Shown: piece after piece, positions 27,935 to 42,392 of the stretch
Layout of the letters: every line of letters starts with the position of its first letter
Position numbering within the stretch: the first letter of the stretch is position 1
Origin: Octopus vulgaris
Lineage: Eukaryota
Assembly: GCA_951406725.2 (NCBI GenBank)
Contig: OX597826.1
Coordinates: 51,150,001 to 51,214,000, forward strand
Reading direction: 5' to 3'
Length of the DNA: 64,000 bases
The notes under the pieces: generated by a model
Seen by the model: only the letters and a program-made list of their open reading frames with translations
Told to the model about the DNA's origin: nothing
Databases searched by the model: none
Translations under genes and position numbers: made by a program

Positions 27935-28180
27935 TGGAGGCGCAATGGCCCTGTGGTTAGGAGGATCGTGGTTTCGATTCCCAGACCGGGCGTTGTCTGC
28001 GTTTATTGAGCGAAAACACCTAAAGCTCCACGAGTCCCCAGCAGGGGGTGGTGGCGACCCCTGTTGTACTCTTTCGCCCAAACTTTCTCTCACTCTCTCT
28101 TCCTCTTTCTTAACGCTGCGATGATACGCCACAGAAACCGAGAAACAGGGCCCATGTATCAGAACCAATTTCAAGCTTAA
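27935..28180 (+). mobile_element. SINE family C, head partly deleted, with a third tail type
   Basis: GGAGGCGCAATGGCCC...GGTTTCGATTCCCAGACCGGGCG...CTTTCTCTCACTC, then a tail unlike the other copies. Confidence 0.75.
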
Positions 28181-28266
28181 AGTAAAAAATACATGCAATC
28201 ATCAGCACAAATATCCCAAAGCATATAAGTACAAGTGTTTATACATATCCATATATAATAATGATA

Positions 28267-28765
28267 GGACGGCGAGCTGGCAGAAACGTTAGCACGCCGG
28301 GCGACTTGCATAGCTGTATTTCGTCTGCCGTTACGTTCTGAGTTCAAATTCCGCCGAGGTCGACTTTGCCTTTCATCCTTTCGGGGTCGATAAATTAAGT
28401 ACCAGTTATGCACTGGGGTCGATGTAATCGACTTAATCCGTTTGTCTGTCCTTGTTTGTCCCCTCTGTGTTTAGCCCCTTGCGGGTAGTAAAGAAATACA
28501 TATATATTAATGTATGTATGTATGTGTGTGTGTGTGCGTGCCTTTGTAATTGTGCTTGTCCAACACAACTTCTTAACAAGCGGTTTTTATCTGTTTACGC
28601 CCCCATAACGAAGTGGTTCGGCAAAAGGGACCGACAGAGCAAGTATCAAACTTCAAAAAATAGTGCTTTAGATTTTAGTTTTAGTCGATTAGTTCGACTA
28701 AAACTAAAATCCTTCAAGACGATGCCCCAGCATGGCCGCGGTTTAATGACTTAATAAAGTAAAAC
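28267..28765 (+). mobile_element. SINE family B monomer (28267-28497) followed by a diverged family A 3' half
   Basis: Matches the units at 3732-3940, followed by family A 3' motifs (GTGGTTCGGCAAAAG...CCAGCATGGCCGC). Confidence 0.8.
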
Positions 28766-29084
28766 GGTACACACACATACACACATACGCATATACATAT
28801 ACATGAATACATGCGCCCCCAAGCACACACACGCACGCACATTCACGCACACACATACACAGATATATATTCCCACATATTCTTTAGTTTTGGGCCGTTG
28901 GCCCAATTAGCCCTCGGCAGGAGTTAGTCAAAAAGTCCGCAAGGAGTGCGGCTTTTAAGCTAGTATATACATTGAAGCAGCATTGACTAGAAGCAGTATG
29001 TTTGAAAATAAGATGCAATCCTTTTATCATAAATTTGCCACATCAGAAGTCTATGTAGGGTTCAAGAAGAATAACACTAACACA

Positions 29085-29232
29085 CAACAGCAATAACGGC
29101 ATCATCATCATCATCATCATCACCACCATCATCACCATCCTCCTCCTCCTCCTCCTCCTCATCATCATCATCATCATCATCATCTTCATCATCATTATCA
29201 TCATCACCACCACCACCACCACCACCACCACC

Positions 29233-29264
<32 letters not shown>

Positions 29265-29269
29265 CAACA

Positions 29270-29336
<67 letters not shown>

Positions 29337-29385
29337 GTACTACTAGTACTACTACTACTGCTACTACTACCACCACTACAAACAA
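29085..29385. repeat. Compound trinucleotide tract (CAT/CCT/CAC/CAA/CTA)
   Basis: Direct reading. Confidence 0.95.
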
Positions 29386-29719
29386 CTCGAAGAACCCTCT
29401 CAATTATAGTTTACATCTACTCTAAAATATCCATTTCTTGTTAACTTGATCCTTTTCCAGAAATAATCGAAATTCGCCAATCACAAACCAAACGACTTCA
29501 GAAAACTTGTTTGATTAGAAACTTATCTGAGATTGTTATGCGTTAATTTATGTAGGGTCATGATTTAAGAACATCTGGTACCCCAATTATCATGTGTTAA
29601 TCAATTCAGAGGCATGCTCTTCTAAGATTTAAGAACAAGTGATCCTCTTGTGTAAAAATGATTATAAATTTATAGAAGACTCGTCTGCTTCATTAACTAG
29701 ATCGAATGACGCTCTAGAA

Positions 29720-30043
29720 CTGTGGTTCTCAACCGGGGTCTATATGACCACAGGGGTCTACATAAGATACACGCAACCAAAATAGTAAAGTGGGGATTCA
29801 CAGTAGTATAGTAAGGGTCCATGAAAAAAATTACTCTGTGTTTATTGCAAGAAAATACTTTCTTTCTTTCTCTAACATTCTATACAATTCAACCTACAAA
29901 GTAAATTTGTGAAAAACAAAATCGGAATTTTGAAAGCAATATCTCTAAAACTAGTTTTTAAACATTGTATGTCTATGGGGGTCCACCAGAATACAACAGT
30001 AATCAAAGGGGTCCATAGATAAAAGAATAGTTGAGAACCCTCG
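29720..30043. mobile_element. hAT-Charlie-like MITE, 324 bp
   Basis: TIRs CTGTGGTTCTCAAC / GTTGAGAACCCTCG. 8-bp TSD CTCTAGAA at 29712-29719 and 30044-30051, matching the NTCTAGAN target typical of Charlie-type hATs. Confidence 0.85.
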
Positions 30044-30594
30044 CTCTAGAAACTTACCGACTGCTTTCGACTGTATAGTTGTTCTTGTTCAAACTGAAAC
30101 AATGAACAGACTGTTATCCAATGTGTTCCTTCATTTTAAGGGTATGGTACAATTTGAAGGAGATTTAGCTGCTATTTCTACCAGGCTATGTGACTACGTA
30201 GATACCCTGTTATGGACTCCATTTTTAGTTAGTTGATATATAGTTATGTAGATTGTTTGGTTGACTTACCACCTGGTTTGCTAGTTTCTTCAATGAAGAG
30301 TCTTGCATGAAACATTGTTACTTGCAAGTAACTCTAAAATTTACAATGCTTGAATAAAAACATTACAATAAATCGTGTTTTGAATTTTTGTTTTTATTTC
30401 TAAGGGAACTCTAATGTCTTAAAGAAGGTAAGATCTTACTAGATAATATAATTTAGACACACTGGTGAATAACAGAATGGATAATGTATTAAACTACATT
30501 ATCCACACTGTTGTTCATCATTAGGTAATGTATTTTAGACATACTATTTTTATTTTATATTTCAAGTGTTGAACAATTGCATCGTTTGTTTCAG

Positions 30595-30634
30595 GTTTCC
30601 AGTTGGTCAAACACTGGTTCATTGTATTTTGGAG
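30595..30634 (+). other. Candidate 40-nt internal exon of an unidentified host transcript
   Basis: Acceptor TTTGTTTCAG| and consensus donor GAG|GTAAGT in non-repetitive sequence; all three frames are open. Confidence 0.45.
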
Positions 30635-31413
30635 GTAAGTGTAGCAATGGAATCACATAACGAATGCTTAAATTAACGAGCTTGCCAGTTATATCGGTTG
30701 ATCGGTGTAAAGGTTTAAGTTGGGTATCATTCGGGCTTTTACAGCTTGTGCTGCACTAGAGTCAGACGTTGTCAAAGGGCAAAAATGTTCAACTCCGCAG
30801 ATGCATTGTACCTAGTTATATAAAGATAGCTGAACAGTGAAGCAGCAAGAAGAACGAGTAATATAATAATAGCTTGCGTTGATGATTTGAACTTTTTTGT
30901 TAACCATCAACCATGACAGACACGTTCATACTGCAATGATGTTTAATCAATTCTATTACAAGAAGACTCAGTGAGAAAGAATCAAGCTTCTTTCATGTTA
31001 ACCAGCACAAAAGCAATTTTAACTAATAATAAAAAAAGTCAGTGTGATGGAGAAATAAATAAATAAAAAAAGCAACAAGCAGAGCAGAAACTAGTTTTTC
31101 TATTCAGTTCTGAAATATTGCTTCCTGGAATATTTGAATATATTAAACATTGATACATATGTGAACGTAGAAATGAAACATCTCAGTAAATCCCTTTTCG
31201 ACCGAAAAGTTTTTAAATACTTTACTATCCGCCGCCATCTTTAATTTGATTTGTACTGTTTACGCATTGAGGTGAACGCTGGTAAAAACAGCCATTACAC
31301 ACACACACACATATATATATATATATTTGTATATACATATGTACATGTGTGTATGTCTACACATTCACATATATATATGTATGCATGTATATATATATAT
31401 ATATATATATAGG

Positions 31414-31506
<93 letters not shown>

Positions 31507-32387
31507 ATATGTGTTTATACACACACACACGTGTATTATACAGGAGTCAGCCACAAAGAGCAGCTGTATAAGTTTGGTGTAAACGTTTATATATGCACAA
31601 GAGATTAGGTTTCTTTTTATGATACAAATTGTATTAAGATGTAGATACACTGAGAAGAATTTGTAGACAGAAATCATATTAGATCGTTACTTAGTTTAAT
31701 AGTTTGTCAAGAAGACGAATAAGTGTCACAGTGGATGTAAAGAAAAATCAAAGCAAATCTTGAATTATGACAAAATTCAATTGGTTTTTCTGTAGGTTAT
31801 AGATCTGATATCGAAGAGATTCTGTTTTTTTATTTTAAATTATTTTTCTTCTGAAATTGATTGCAATGATTCATAAAGCGACTTGTACGTGATAATGGCT
31901 GAATGTTGTGTATAGAAAATAAAACTATGACATGCTGGGTCAATGTTTGTTTACCTTACAAACAACTGTTCCAACGTATTAAAATTTCACTTTGATCGAA
32001 AAAAAAGAATGAAGATGCAAAAACCGACCGATCGACCGACCGACCGACCGACCGACCAACTAACCTTTTCTTTTAACCTTTTTTTAATTTTTGGCTTGGA
32101 ACTTGCGACATTCGCCCTCGCAGCCTCTTCTTGAGGTAGAGGAATCCAATAAAAATCGATGTTCTCCTTGAACATCTATAAATTCACGACTACAGGAAAA
32201 CACACACATGCACACGCACACGCACGCGCGCACACACACACACACAAAGGAAAAACAGGTTAGGTGTGAATTCTAGAGAATGAATTTCTTGGGAGAAAGG
32301 TCTGCATGAAGAGGTGATGCCATAACTTGGAGGGTTGGACACACCACGGATGAGGAGGGAAGGAGAGAGAGAGAGAGAGAGAAAGAA

Positions 32388-32455
<68 letters not shown>

Positions 32456-32789
32456 ATTAGGTGAATACTAATCTGGCATGATAGCCAGCTTTGAGGAACT
32501 GAGGGCAGAGCAGTAGAAAAACCATTGTGAAGAGACAGTAGGTCTTCGACCTTGAGGCTGACGTGTGTTGCTGAGTAACTTCATCCCAAACAGTCGTGTG
32601 ATGATATTTTAAAGTCTATGATGACTGTATATGTATTACATGTGTATTGCAGTAACGTCCCAGATGTGGGACCTTGTTTAAATAGTCACAACATAAATTA
32701 TATTGCATCATAGGTGTAAGAGTGGCTCTGTGGTAGGAAATTTACTTCCCAATCACATGGTTTCAGATTCAGTCCCACTGCGTGCTATT

Positions 32790-33200
32790 TCTTGGTGGTA
32801 CTCCCGATGTAGACTGCTTCCTATACCACACAGGTCCTGGAGCACATTTTGAAGTCGTTGATGGGCAATTGGATAGTGTGCGCTCCACGTTGCTATCTGT
32901 GGTATTATTCCTAGTAAGAAATTTCCTCAGGAACTGGCCAGTGTGAATCGTTTGTATGTTGAGTCCCACCTTGTGGATCGTATGCTGTATAGCAACAGAA
33001 GTTGTCATCGAAATAGGGCAGTTTAAGGGAACACACGTCAGACTTAGGATTATGGGTCCCCTAAAGTTTTTTACTCCCTTTAGTGTTTTTAGATACAGTC
33101 GTTTGACTCTGGAAATTACACGTTCGAGTCGACGCATCGATAAATAAACACTTAAAGAAATGCCAGACCTAGGATTTCAAGGACAGTCAACGCAATAAAC
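32790..33200 (-). pseudogene. Decayed Penelope-like RT-thumb/linker/GIY-YIG remnant
   Basis: Minus strand gives VGLNI...FLRKFLTRNN...NCP....KC and, frameshifted, CVV*EAVYIGSTT, a GIY-YIG-like motif. Confidence 0.45.
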
Positions 33201-34841
33201 AATCTCAGAATCATGGAACCTTTTCCTTATCAACAAACTGAGACCGGCCATAAACAACAGAAAAGAGAACCACATGCAGCAGACTGGTTACTATAGTAAC
33301 GCCAGTCTGTGCATATCATCTTCCTTCCCCACACGTCTATAGCCCCGAATATAGAAATATATTTATTTTGTTTTCTGTTTCTTTTTTTTTTTTAGTTTAC
33401 TTTATATCTTCTCGCATTGTTCTGGCTTTACTCAACAAGTCACTTGAATTGTAGATAAATGTTACTACTTTTGCTATTGTTGTTTCCATTGTTGTTGCAG
33501 AAATACAATTTCATTGTCATGAGATATTCTATGAAGAATAAATCTTCCTTATATACTAAGGAAGATTTATTTTTGATATAAATTTTACGCACCCTAAAAT
33601 AAAACGTTTTTTTTTTGTGACTGAAGTATCCAAAAGAAATCAACGGTCATCTAACATGTAGGTAACTGAGAAAGAAGTAAGAATGAATCCGGTTTTGTTG
33701 ACCATGCGCCCTGAGAGACATGTTCACATATCAGTAATGTTTAATCACTTTTATTACTGTTCATGTTCGGTATTAAAGGACGAAGCTTCTTTCATGTTAA
33801 CCAGCAAACAAGAAACAAACGAAAAACATTCCAGGTTGAAGACTAGAAATATGGCGATGGTGGTGGTGGTGAGTGGCTATAATGTTATTTGTTGCTATTT
33901 AGCTCGTCATACTTATGCTCAAAAGCGTTCCAGCTATGACCATCATGTCTCTTTGTACTTATGTCCAATGTGTTTTTTTTAAGGACGCCAAACAAATATT
34001 TATCTGGCAGATGTGTTGAGCAGAAATAAATATAACTTTAGGATATTATATGTAATCTTAAATGTTATTGAATAGTGAAGCTGTTGATTAAAGAGAAATA
34101 AGACTTCAGATATTGATGAGAGAAGGAGAATGCTTGTGAAAGTAAGAGCAAAAGAAAAACATTGTCGTAATTTGATTGATCAGTACCTGTGGGGATTTTC
34201 ATGTAAAGTGTATTGCATTCTAATCAGGCTTACAGTTCCAATAACAGATACAAAAATTATATCTATAACAGCATAAAGTAAATTTAGATGTGGTTGTCAG
34301 GTAAATGAGATGGAGAAACGAATATGTTTTTTTTTCTCTTGGAATCAATAAAGACTGAGAATTGATGTGAAGGAAGGAAATGAGATTTGTATTATTGAGA
34401 AAAAAAAACCTAACTCAAAACTATAAAAAAACCCCGAATAAACAAAACAAAACAAAATATTTTTTTTACTAACAAAGCCTTTTATAGCCATATGTATGTC
34501 TAAGTAGGTATGAAGTTTATTTCGCAACCACATAGTCCTGGGTTCGGTCTGACTGCGTGACATCTTGTGTAAATGTCTTCTATTATCAATCCGGGCTGAT
34601 TATATGTCCGCTGGCTCAGGCAAACCCAGGATTAGACGACAAATAGCGTTTTATAAATCTGAAAGTAAGGCAAGCAGATTTCTAGATTATAAAAATGCTT
34701 TCCAATTTTGGCGCGAGACCAGAAATCTTGAGGGGAAGAAGCAAGTCGATAACATCGACTCTTTGACCGAGACTTATTCTATCGACCCCGGAAAGATAAA
34801 AGGTAAAGTCGAAATCATTTCAAATTTTGGCACAAAGCCAG

Positions 34842-35616
34842 TACACAACTACCAGGCTACCAGATTAAAGAACGGCAGTAGCCCAACATGTCGTGTATGT
34901 CAACAACAAGATGAAACTATTGATCATGTTGTCTCCATGAGCAGTCTTCTTTCGCCTACAGAGTATATTCACTGGGTAATTTGCAAAAACCTGAACTTGC
35001 CCCATGATAAAAACTGGTGGGAACACAAACCTCCTCCAGTGCTTGAAAATGATCACATCTCACTGCTCTGAAACTACACCATTCAAACTGACAGAAAGAT
35101 AGATGCGAATAGACCAGACATTATATTAAAAGACTTCAGACAAAAATAATACTTCCTCATTGATATGACTGTCCCAATCGATATAAATGTATCTGTCAAG
35201 ACTTATCAAAAACTGAGCAAGTATAAAGATTTTGAAATAGAAATTGGTAAAATGTGGAACCGTAAGACTAAAACAATACCTGTTGTCATAGGTGCCCTAG
35301 GAATGATAGCAAAAGGGGCTGATTGCTACCTAACTCAGATACCAGGAAACCCCAAAATGGCAGAAATCCAAAAGATAATGCTCATGGAAACTGCCCATAT
35401 CCTACGTAAAAATACTGTCTATGTAATCTCAAATTTTAAAACAAACTTATAATTTGCTTATGCTTTCTTAAACATTCTCTAGAACAATACTATGTGTAAA
35501 ACCAAATATATGACACTCTAGGCATAACACCAACATGAACTTCCAACTTGTTGTCTCTTGAGGTCTCTGGGTGAGGCTTGAAACAAACTTATACAAATAC
35601 AAAGTAAAAGTCAAAC

Positions 35617-35618
<2 letters not shown>
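34842..35618 (+). mobile_element. 3' end of an RLE-type non-LTR retrotransposon (R4/Dong-like)
   Basis: CRVCQQQDETIDHVV zinc-knuckle remnant, then TIQTDRKIDANRPDII...LIDMTVP...QKLSKYKD...IPVVIGALG (PD..D restriction-like endonuclease). The 3' UTR runs into (AAT)n. Confidence 0.85.
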
Positions 35619-35680
<62 letters not shown>

Positions 35681-35830
35681 CATAAATTCACTAGTACAAC
35701 ACTAAGTACAAAACCAAATATATGGCACCCTAGGCATAACACCAACACGAACTTCCAACTTGTCTCTTGAGGTCTCTGGGTGAGACTTGGAGCCAGCTTG
35801 TGCAAATGTAAAGCAAAAGTCAAACATAGA
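35681..35830 (+). mobile_element. Second, tandem 3' UTR copy of the same R4/Dong-like family
   Basis: Aligns to 35468-35618 (AAAACCAAATATATG...TTGTCTCTTGAGGTCTCTGGGTGAG...AAAAGTCAAACATA), between (AAT)n tracts. Confidence 0.85.
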
Positions 35831-35836
35831 ATAATA

Positions 35837-35930
<94 letters not shown>

Positions 35931-36004
35931 TGATGATGATGATGATGATGTTGATGATGATGATGATGATGATGTTGATGATGATGATGAAGATGATGCT
36001 GATG

Positions 36005-38862
36005 CTGATTTCATTTAGTTTCCACAAGGGGGAAGTATGAGTGGGACAATACAAAAACAGACATAAAGTGTGCGGTTTACATATAATGAAATGATATAAA
36101 GAAAGGAAAGAAAGTATACACGGTATACACTGGAAAAAGAAGGGACATGCATAACATATAAAAGCCTTTTAAAACAAAAAGTGGCAGAGAGGATGATAGA
36201 GATGTGGTCCTCCTGATATAGGAAGGCCTCTAGTGATAATCGAGAAATCCGCTGTCCGAGATTTCCCTGAAACCGCGGGAGAAAGTGCCCTCTCCAATTC
36301 CTTCTCCCCGACTCACAGGTCTACACTTAGGGAGGTACCATGCTCTCTTGCCATTTTCGCAACTTGCACCCACCTTTCAATAAACTCACTCGGGGACAGC
36401 ACTTCTCTCTCCCTCTCAATTTCCTTTTCAAGTGAAACTTGAAGTCAATGAGAGCTCTACCAAAGAGGAATGTATCTGTCCTCATGCCTTTCAGCCTTGT
36501 CCACCAAACACCTTCTTTCGCCACAGCCACCAGGCAAAGGAAAACTGCCTTGCCTGCCCGATTGAAGGAGGGCGGCGGTTCAATAATCACTACAGACACG
36601 GCCGACAGACGGATCCGTCCCACACGTGACAGCAGCTGCTTGACATGACCTCACTAGTCAGCAATGCCCAGATACTGAACGAGGGTGTGCAGAACGGTTT
36701 CGTCACTCTGATTGCACCTCTGGAAAGCCCGTCTGACTGCACATTCGTGCCTGCAGAGTTTATTTCGAACGGGTAGTGCCCTCCGGTAGAACTGCCAGGC
36801 CAATGACATCTGGAAATTAATCATGATAGTGTCTGATCAGAAGGTCCATGGGAACAGACTAGCCAGTTCGTTCTCGTCGGCGCCCAGAGTCTTCCTGTGA
36901 ACAACGTCGCACTCCCCCACCACTAATCCTCTATAAATTTCTAAAGTGGAACATCCACCGATCCCATTGCTCGACTGAGAATTCTAGGTGCCAGACGTCC
37001 AGTCTCAGTATTTTCTTCACCCAGGACTGCAACTCCGTCAAAGAGACGAACTGCGGAAAGACGAACCTCACAAACGGAGCCCACACACGCCCACCGTCCA
37101 GAAATTGTTGCAAGTGGCGTAACCTAAGAGCGTGTCTGCACATTAGAATCCACAGCATACTTAATCCGCCACTCAGAACTATGCTGGCAACAGACTGATC
37201 TCCAACGGTCTGATCGCTTGCCCACTGGAACGCGTTCCTTCCACAAGAATTTAAATAAGAGACGCTCCAACCTGGTCAAGTAGTAACCGGAACAAGGCAC
37301 AACAGAGGTGATGTAGGCATTTGCCACCTCTGCCCGACCTTTCAGGGACAGCTTCATCTTAGCCCATTTCTGGGTAAGACTGGGCACCCTGTTCACTACC
37401 TCGTCCCAGTTCTTATCAACTTAGAGGTCAGGACCAAGCCAGACCGCAAGCAGTTTAACTGATCCGTCGGTCCAGTATCTGACGACCCCATCAGATAACA
37501 TAGTCCTGCCTCTCCAGGAGCCCAACCACAACCCACCCCCGATTTCTCGGTACTGATTTTCGCCCCTGAAACCGACTCATATTCCTTTAGGATGGTGCCA
37601 ACCATCCCCACTTCGAAGGCCTCCGACACCGTGACACTGATGTTGTCCGTGTATGCCGACACTGCACTTCCCTGTCCCAGTTCGAAAGGGATGACCCTTA
37701 GCTGTTCCAACTTCAGCAGCAGTGGCTCCAGTACCAATACGTACAGAAGAGGTGACAGTGGGCAGCCCCCGACGGACCGATCGTACGATGCCAAACGGCT
37801 CCGATAAGTGGCCGTTTACTTTGACCACTGAGCAAGTGCTGCTGTGCACTGCAGCGATCCAGCCTCTGAAAACGGGTCCAAAACCGTCTGCTTTTAGGAT
37901 AGCTTCCAAGTAGCGATAGTCAATCCTATCGAATGCTTTTGATTGATCCAAACTGATCAGAGCACCCACGAAGCCAGCTTTGGTCCCAGCCCCCTCTATG
38001 ATGTATCGCATAAGGTAGCGGTTGTCGTAGATGGACCTGCTTGTTATTGCGCACGTTTGCGCTTCTCCGACCAGGCTACCAACGAAAAGTGCCAGCCTTT
38101 TCACTAACACCTTGGCCAAAATCTTAAACTCTGTGTGTAGCAGAGTTGTGGGCCGCATTGTCGGCATCCTTCTCCAGCAGTATCACCACACCTCTACTAA
38201 CAGCACTAGGAATTCTCCCGTTCTGTTGCCAATTGCGCTAGACGTCTGCCAAGAGGTTGCCAAACAAATCTTGCATGAATACATAGAATCCATAGGGCAG
38301 ACCATCCAAACTGGGCGTTCTGCGACTTGTGCAATCGCTCATACCCTCCCAAATTTCCCAAAATTATCGGCCTTTCATATAACCTCGCGTCAGCTGCCGA
38401 GAGCCGCGGTGAGCTGTCCAGGTACGAACTAAAGTCCAGTACCATCGTCGACTCATCGCCCTCTCCAAATAGCAGCACTTTGCATCTGTTCAGAGCCGCT
38501 TAGCACGAGCTCATCCCGATCCGTCAAAGACCTGATCGTGGTTTTGTTTCCACGTCGCGTCTCCACCATCGAGCCCATTGGACAGCTTTAGTTTCTTCCT
38601 GTTTAAGCGCACGGGCCTCAGCTTTAATAATGCAGCCTTCGTGTTTCGTTTCGAAGAAATGATCAAGGGCCATCCTCGCCGCTAACACATCGGGTGCAGT
38701 GCCCTTTTTAATCGCCTCTTCTAATTTGCTAATTAGTTCAACCTCTAATCTATTCCTTTCTCTTGCTAACTCTTGCTAAACGCTTTTGATCCTGCTCTAA
38801 TCGCCGTCTTCTGGGCGGCCCACCACCGGTTGTTGTCGAATGCTCCCGTCAACTGACGCTTA
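36005..38862 (-). mobile_element. 5'-truncated, frameshifted Tx1/L1-like LINE ORF2 (RT plus C-terminal zinc knuckle) and 3' UTR
   Basis: RT motifs RPTTLLHTEFKILAKVL, SLDQSKAFDRID, GCPLSPLLYVL, AYTDN and LSLKGRAEV. The C-terminus is homologous to 11158-11619. Flanked by (GAT)n/(AAT)n and (AAT)n. Confidence 0.9.
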
Positions 38863-38871
38863 AGAATATTA

Positions 38872-38930
<59 letters not shown>

Positions 38931-38931
38931 C

Positions 38932-38962
<31 letters not shown>

Positions 38963-40293
38963 TAGTAATAATAACTAGCAGAAGGCTTTTGACTGCATTC
39001 CTCACATGGATTCTAGTAACACCAGCCATGAATAGACAGCACCAACAATAAGACATACAAACCGTTATAAATAAATGGCAAACGAACGCGTAATGATCAC
39101 GAATATCGAGTCTTCCTTTTAAGGTATATCCAGGACTACTTTACACAAACTCGTCCTAGCGTTTTATTTCAGGGTGTTGGTTGTAGTTTTAGGGAAATGT
39201 TGCAAGTATTTTTAGCTGGTCGAGCAAACATATTGAAGCATTTCGCGACGGCTTCTCCAAGACCAGCAATTTTAAACCTGGAGGTTAAATTTCAGGATTC
39301 CAAGGGGAAATTATTTTTACGATGAAGAATCATTTCTTAATCATTAAACTTTCGCACTCTATTTTTCTTCTTATATTTTCACATCTGTTTTCCTTGATGT
39401 TTATTTTCAGAAAATGTTTAATTAATACATAACTTGATGTTATAAAATAAATTGCGTTGTACATACGACTGCTTCACCCTTACCATGTGCATTTATGTGT
39501 GTATGTTTTGAGGGAAAGAGAGAGAGAGAGAAAGAGAGAGTGAGAGAGAGCGAGAGAAAAAGAGCAAGAGTGAGAACGAGAGAAAGAGAAAGAAAGAGAG
39601 AGAGAGAGTGGGGAAACGGTAAAAGCATGGGTAATATATAAAAAATTGGTTAAGGAATACTGTCTTACACACGTGAATGCTGGTTTTTGTCTTGAGAATG
39701 GCTCTAATTGGTGCCTAACTCAATATCAGTGTGTGTTTTGTCTTGCTCTCGTCCATCCATTTACGGAATTCAAATCCCTCTGGAGTCTAGTTGACTTTCA
39801 TCGCCTCCGGCTTTGTTATATTAAGCGTCAGTTTAAACATTTCCATCGATGAATTCGGCTATGAAGCCACATCAACTTGGAAAGTTGGCGCTGTGCCTAA
39901 GTAAGAAACCATTATTATCCAAAACATGAAACAGGAAATATAAAAAGAACACAGAAAAAAAAAGAAGAAAATATAACAAAATAATAAAATGCTACAAAAA
40001 AAAAAAAAGAAATCTTAAGAAACCGAATAATCAGAGCGCCGCTGATTTTTCTAAGAATTATGGAAACAATCAATGAAATAATTAATAAAAAAAAACACAG
40101 AAAAAGCATGAAAAAAAAAAACAATTCTTTTAAAGACGTGTGAATATAAGTTATATCTATTAGATAAATAGATCTTTCCTCTAAGACAGATTCGATAGTG
40201 TATGTATGTGCATATATATTTATATACATACATGTATACATGTATATATATATATATGTGTATGTATATGTATATATGTATATATATATATAC

Positions 40294-40333
<40 letters not shown>

Positions 40334-40370
40334 GGATATACACATATATCTTTATAGGTATGCATATATA

Positions 40371-40413
<43 letters not shown>

Positions 40414-40530
40414 TATATTTTAAACATATGTATAAAACATACATGCATACATATATACGTACATACATATAGATATACACACATATACGCATAAGTATAT
40501 ATGTATCTATCTTTACATATACACCCTTGC

Positions 40531-40562
<32 letters not shown>

Positions 40563-40854
40563 TGCACAAACACACATATACACACACATAGATACACGTC
40601 AGTGAAGAGCTATTTATGAAATGAGTTGAACCATATTTTCAAGTAAACAGTATTACTTAGCCGAACTATAAATACTTACAATATGTCTGAAATAATGACA
40701 GACTTCTGCAACAACAGTACTGGATGGTTATTTGTCGGTTTACGGGGAACATTACACATGTGTGTATGTTTGTTCGTGTATGTATGTTTGCGTCTATGTA
40801 TGTATGTATGTATGTATTATGTTTGTAGCTGTATGTATATAAGTATGTATGTAC

Positions 40855-40947
<93 letters not shown>

Positions 40948-41195
40948 TATATGTATATGTACGTTTTCCTGCTTTTGTTTTCGAACATATCGCCGATAGA
41001 GAAAAACATCTGGTTTTTAGGCTAGAAGCAAATCTCTTTCATCGGAATTTTAACAATATTAAACAGGGTAGTGTTGTAAGTATGTATGCAGGTAGGTACG
41101 GAGGTAAGTATTCGTGCATGGTTGTACACATGCATGCACACATATTCGTAAACATAGTATATATATATGTATGTATATATATATATATACATATA

Positions 41196-41421
41196 ACAGA
41201 AAGGAGGAATTTCGATTATTCCCACGTGGTGAGTTGTAATGTATATAAGAAATTTAAAAAAGGAAAATACGCACACTTACACAACATGGACAAATTTTCT
41301 TCTTAAGAAAAAATACATATTCAAATAAGTAAAATATAACATGAATAGCGATAGCGAAACCGGTCGATATGTTAAAAATTATATTATAACTATGTAAGTG
41401 TGCGTATTTTCCTTTTTAATT

Positions 41422-41424
<3 letters not shown>
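41196..41424 (+). mobile_element. (TA)n-embedded insert with a ~25-bp inverted repeat and a partial hammerhead 3' half
   Basis: AAAAAGGAAAATACGCACACTTACA (to 41281) pairs with TGTAAGTGTGCGTATTTTCCTTTTT (from 41393). GAAACCGGTC lies at ~41356-41365. Confidence 0.55.
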
Positions 41425-41516
<92 letters not shown>

Positions 41517-42077
41517 TTCACACACACATACATACACACATACACCCATTGACCCTATCATATTGTTCTCTCCACTCTTCACATGTACATACGTATACAC
41601 ACGTATACGCAGATTTCCGGTACTCGGATGCGCATACACACACGTATACTCTTCATACACTGAGGCACTGTCTGTCTCTCTCTCTCTCACACACACATAC
41701 ACACTCGCACGCTCACAATCATTGTTCTACACTTCGGCACTCCTGCTTTGGTTGACAATTTCGAATCATCCCATTCTTTCCCCCTTCCGCTTGCCACCTC
41801 TGCTTGACCGTTACTCGCATCAGTTTGCGAACAACTCCGCACATTTACACACATGCATACTCCTCTCGCGCGCTACTTCTCTTATTACTTTCCTCTTTTC
41901 GACCATTGTTCTCTTAAGAAAGACTGATTTTCTTCCCTCCACTATTTTCTTTCTTCACCACGTGCGTTACATCTCGCTTTTACCTCTTCATCACAGTTAT
42001 TTCATTCCGTTCTCGAATTTATCTAGTTTCATTATCACTTTTTTTCCTGCTTCGTGAGTCTTACCATCCTCTGAATA

Positions 42078-42308
42078 CTCTCTTTTACTCTTTTACTCTT
42101 TTACTTGTTTCAGTCATTTGACTGCGGCCATGCTGGAGCACCGCCTTTAATCGAGCAACTCGACCCTGGGACTTATTCTTTTGTAAGCCCAGTACTTATT
42201 CTATCGGTCTCTTTAGCCGAACCGCTAAGTAACACATTGGGCAAGTGGCACATTGGGCAAGTGTCTTCTACCATAGCCTCGAGCCGACCAAAGCCTTGTG
42301 AGTGGATT

Positions 42309-42392
<84 letters not shown>

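Noticed and set aside
30290-30322. ATGAAGA...GAAAC motif
   Set aside because: Core and stems are too degenerate to call a hammerhead.
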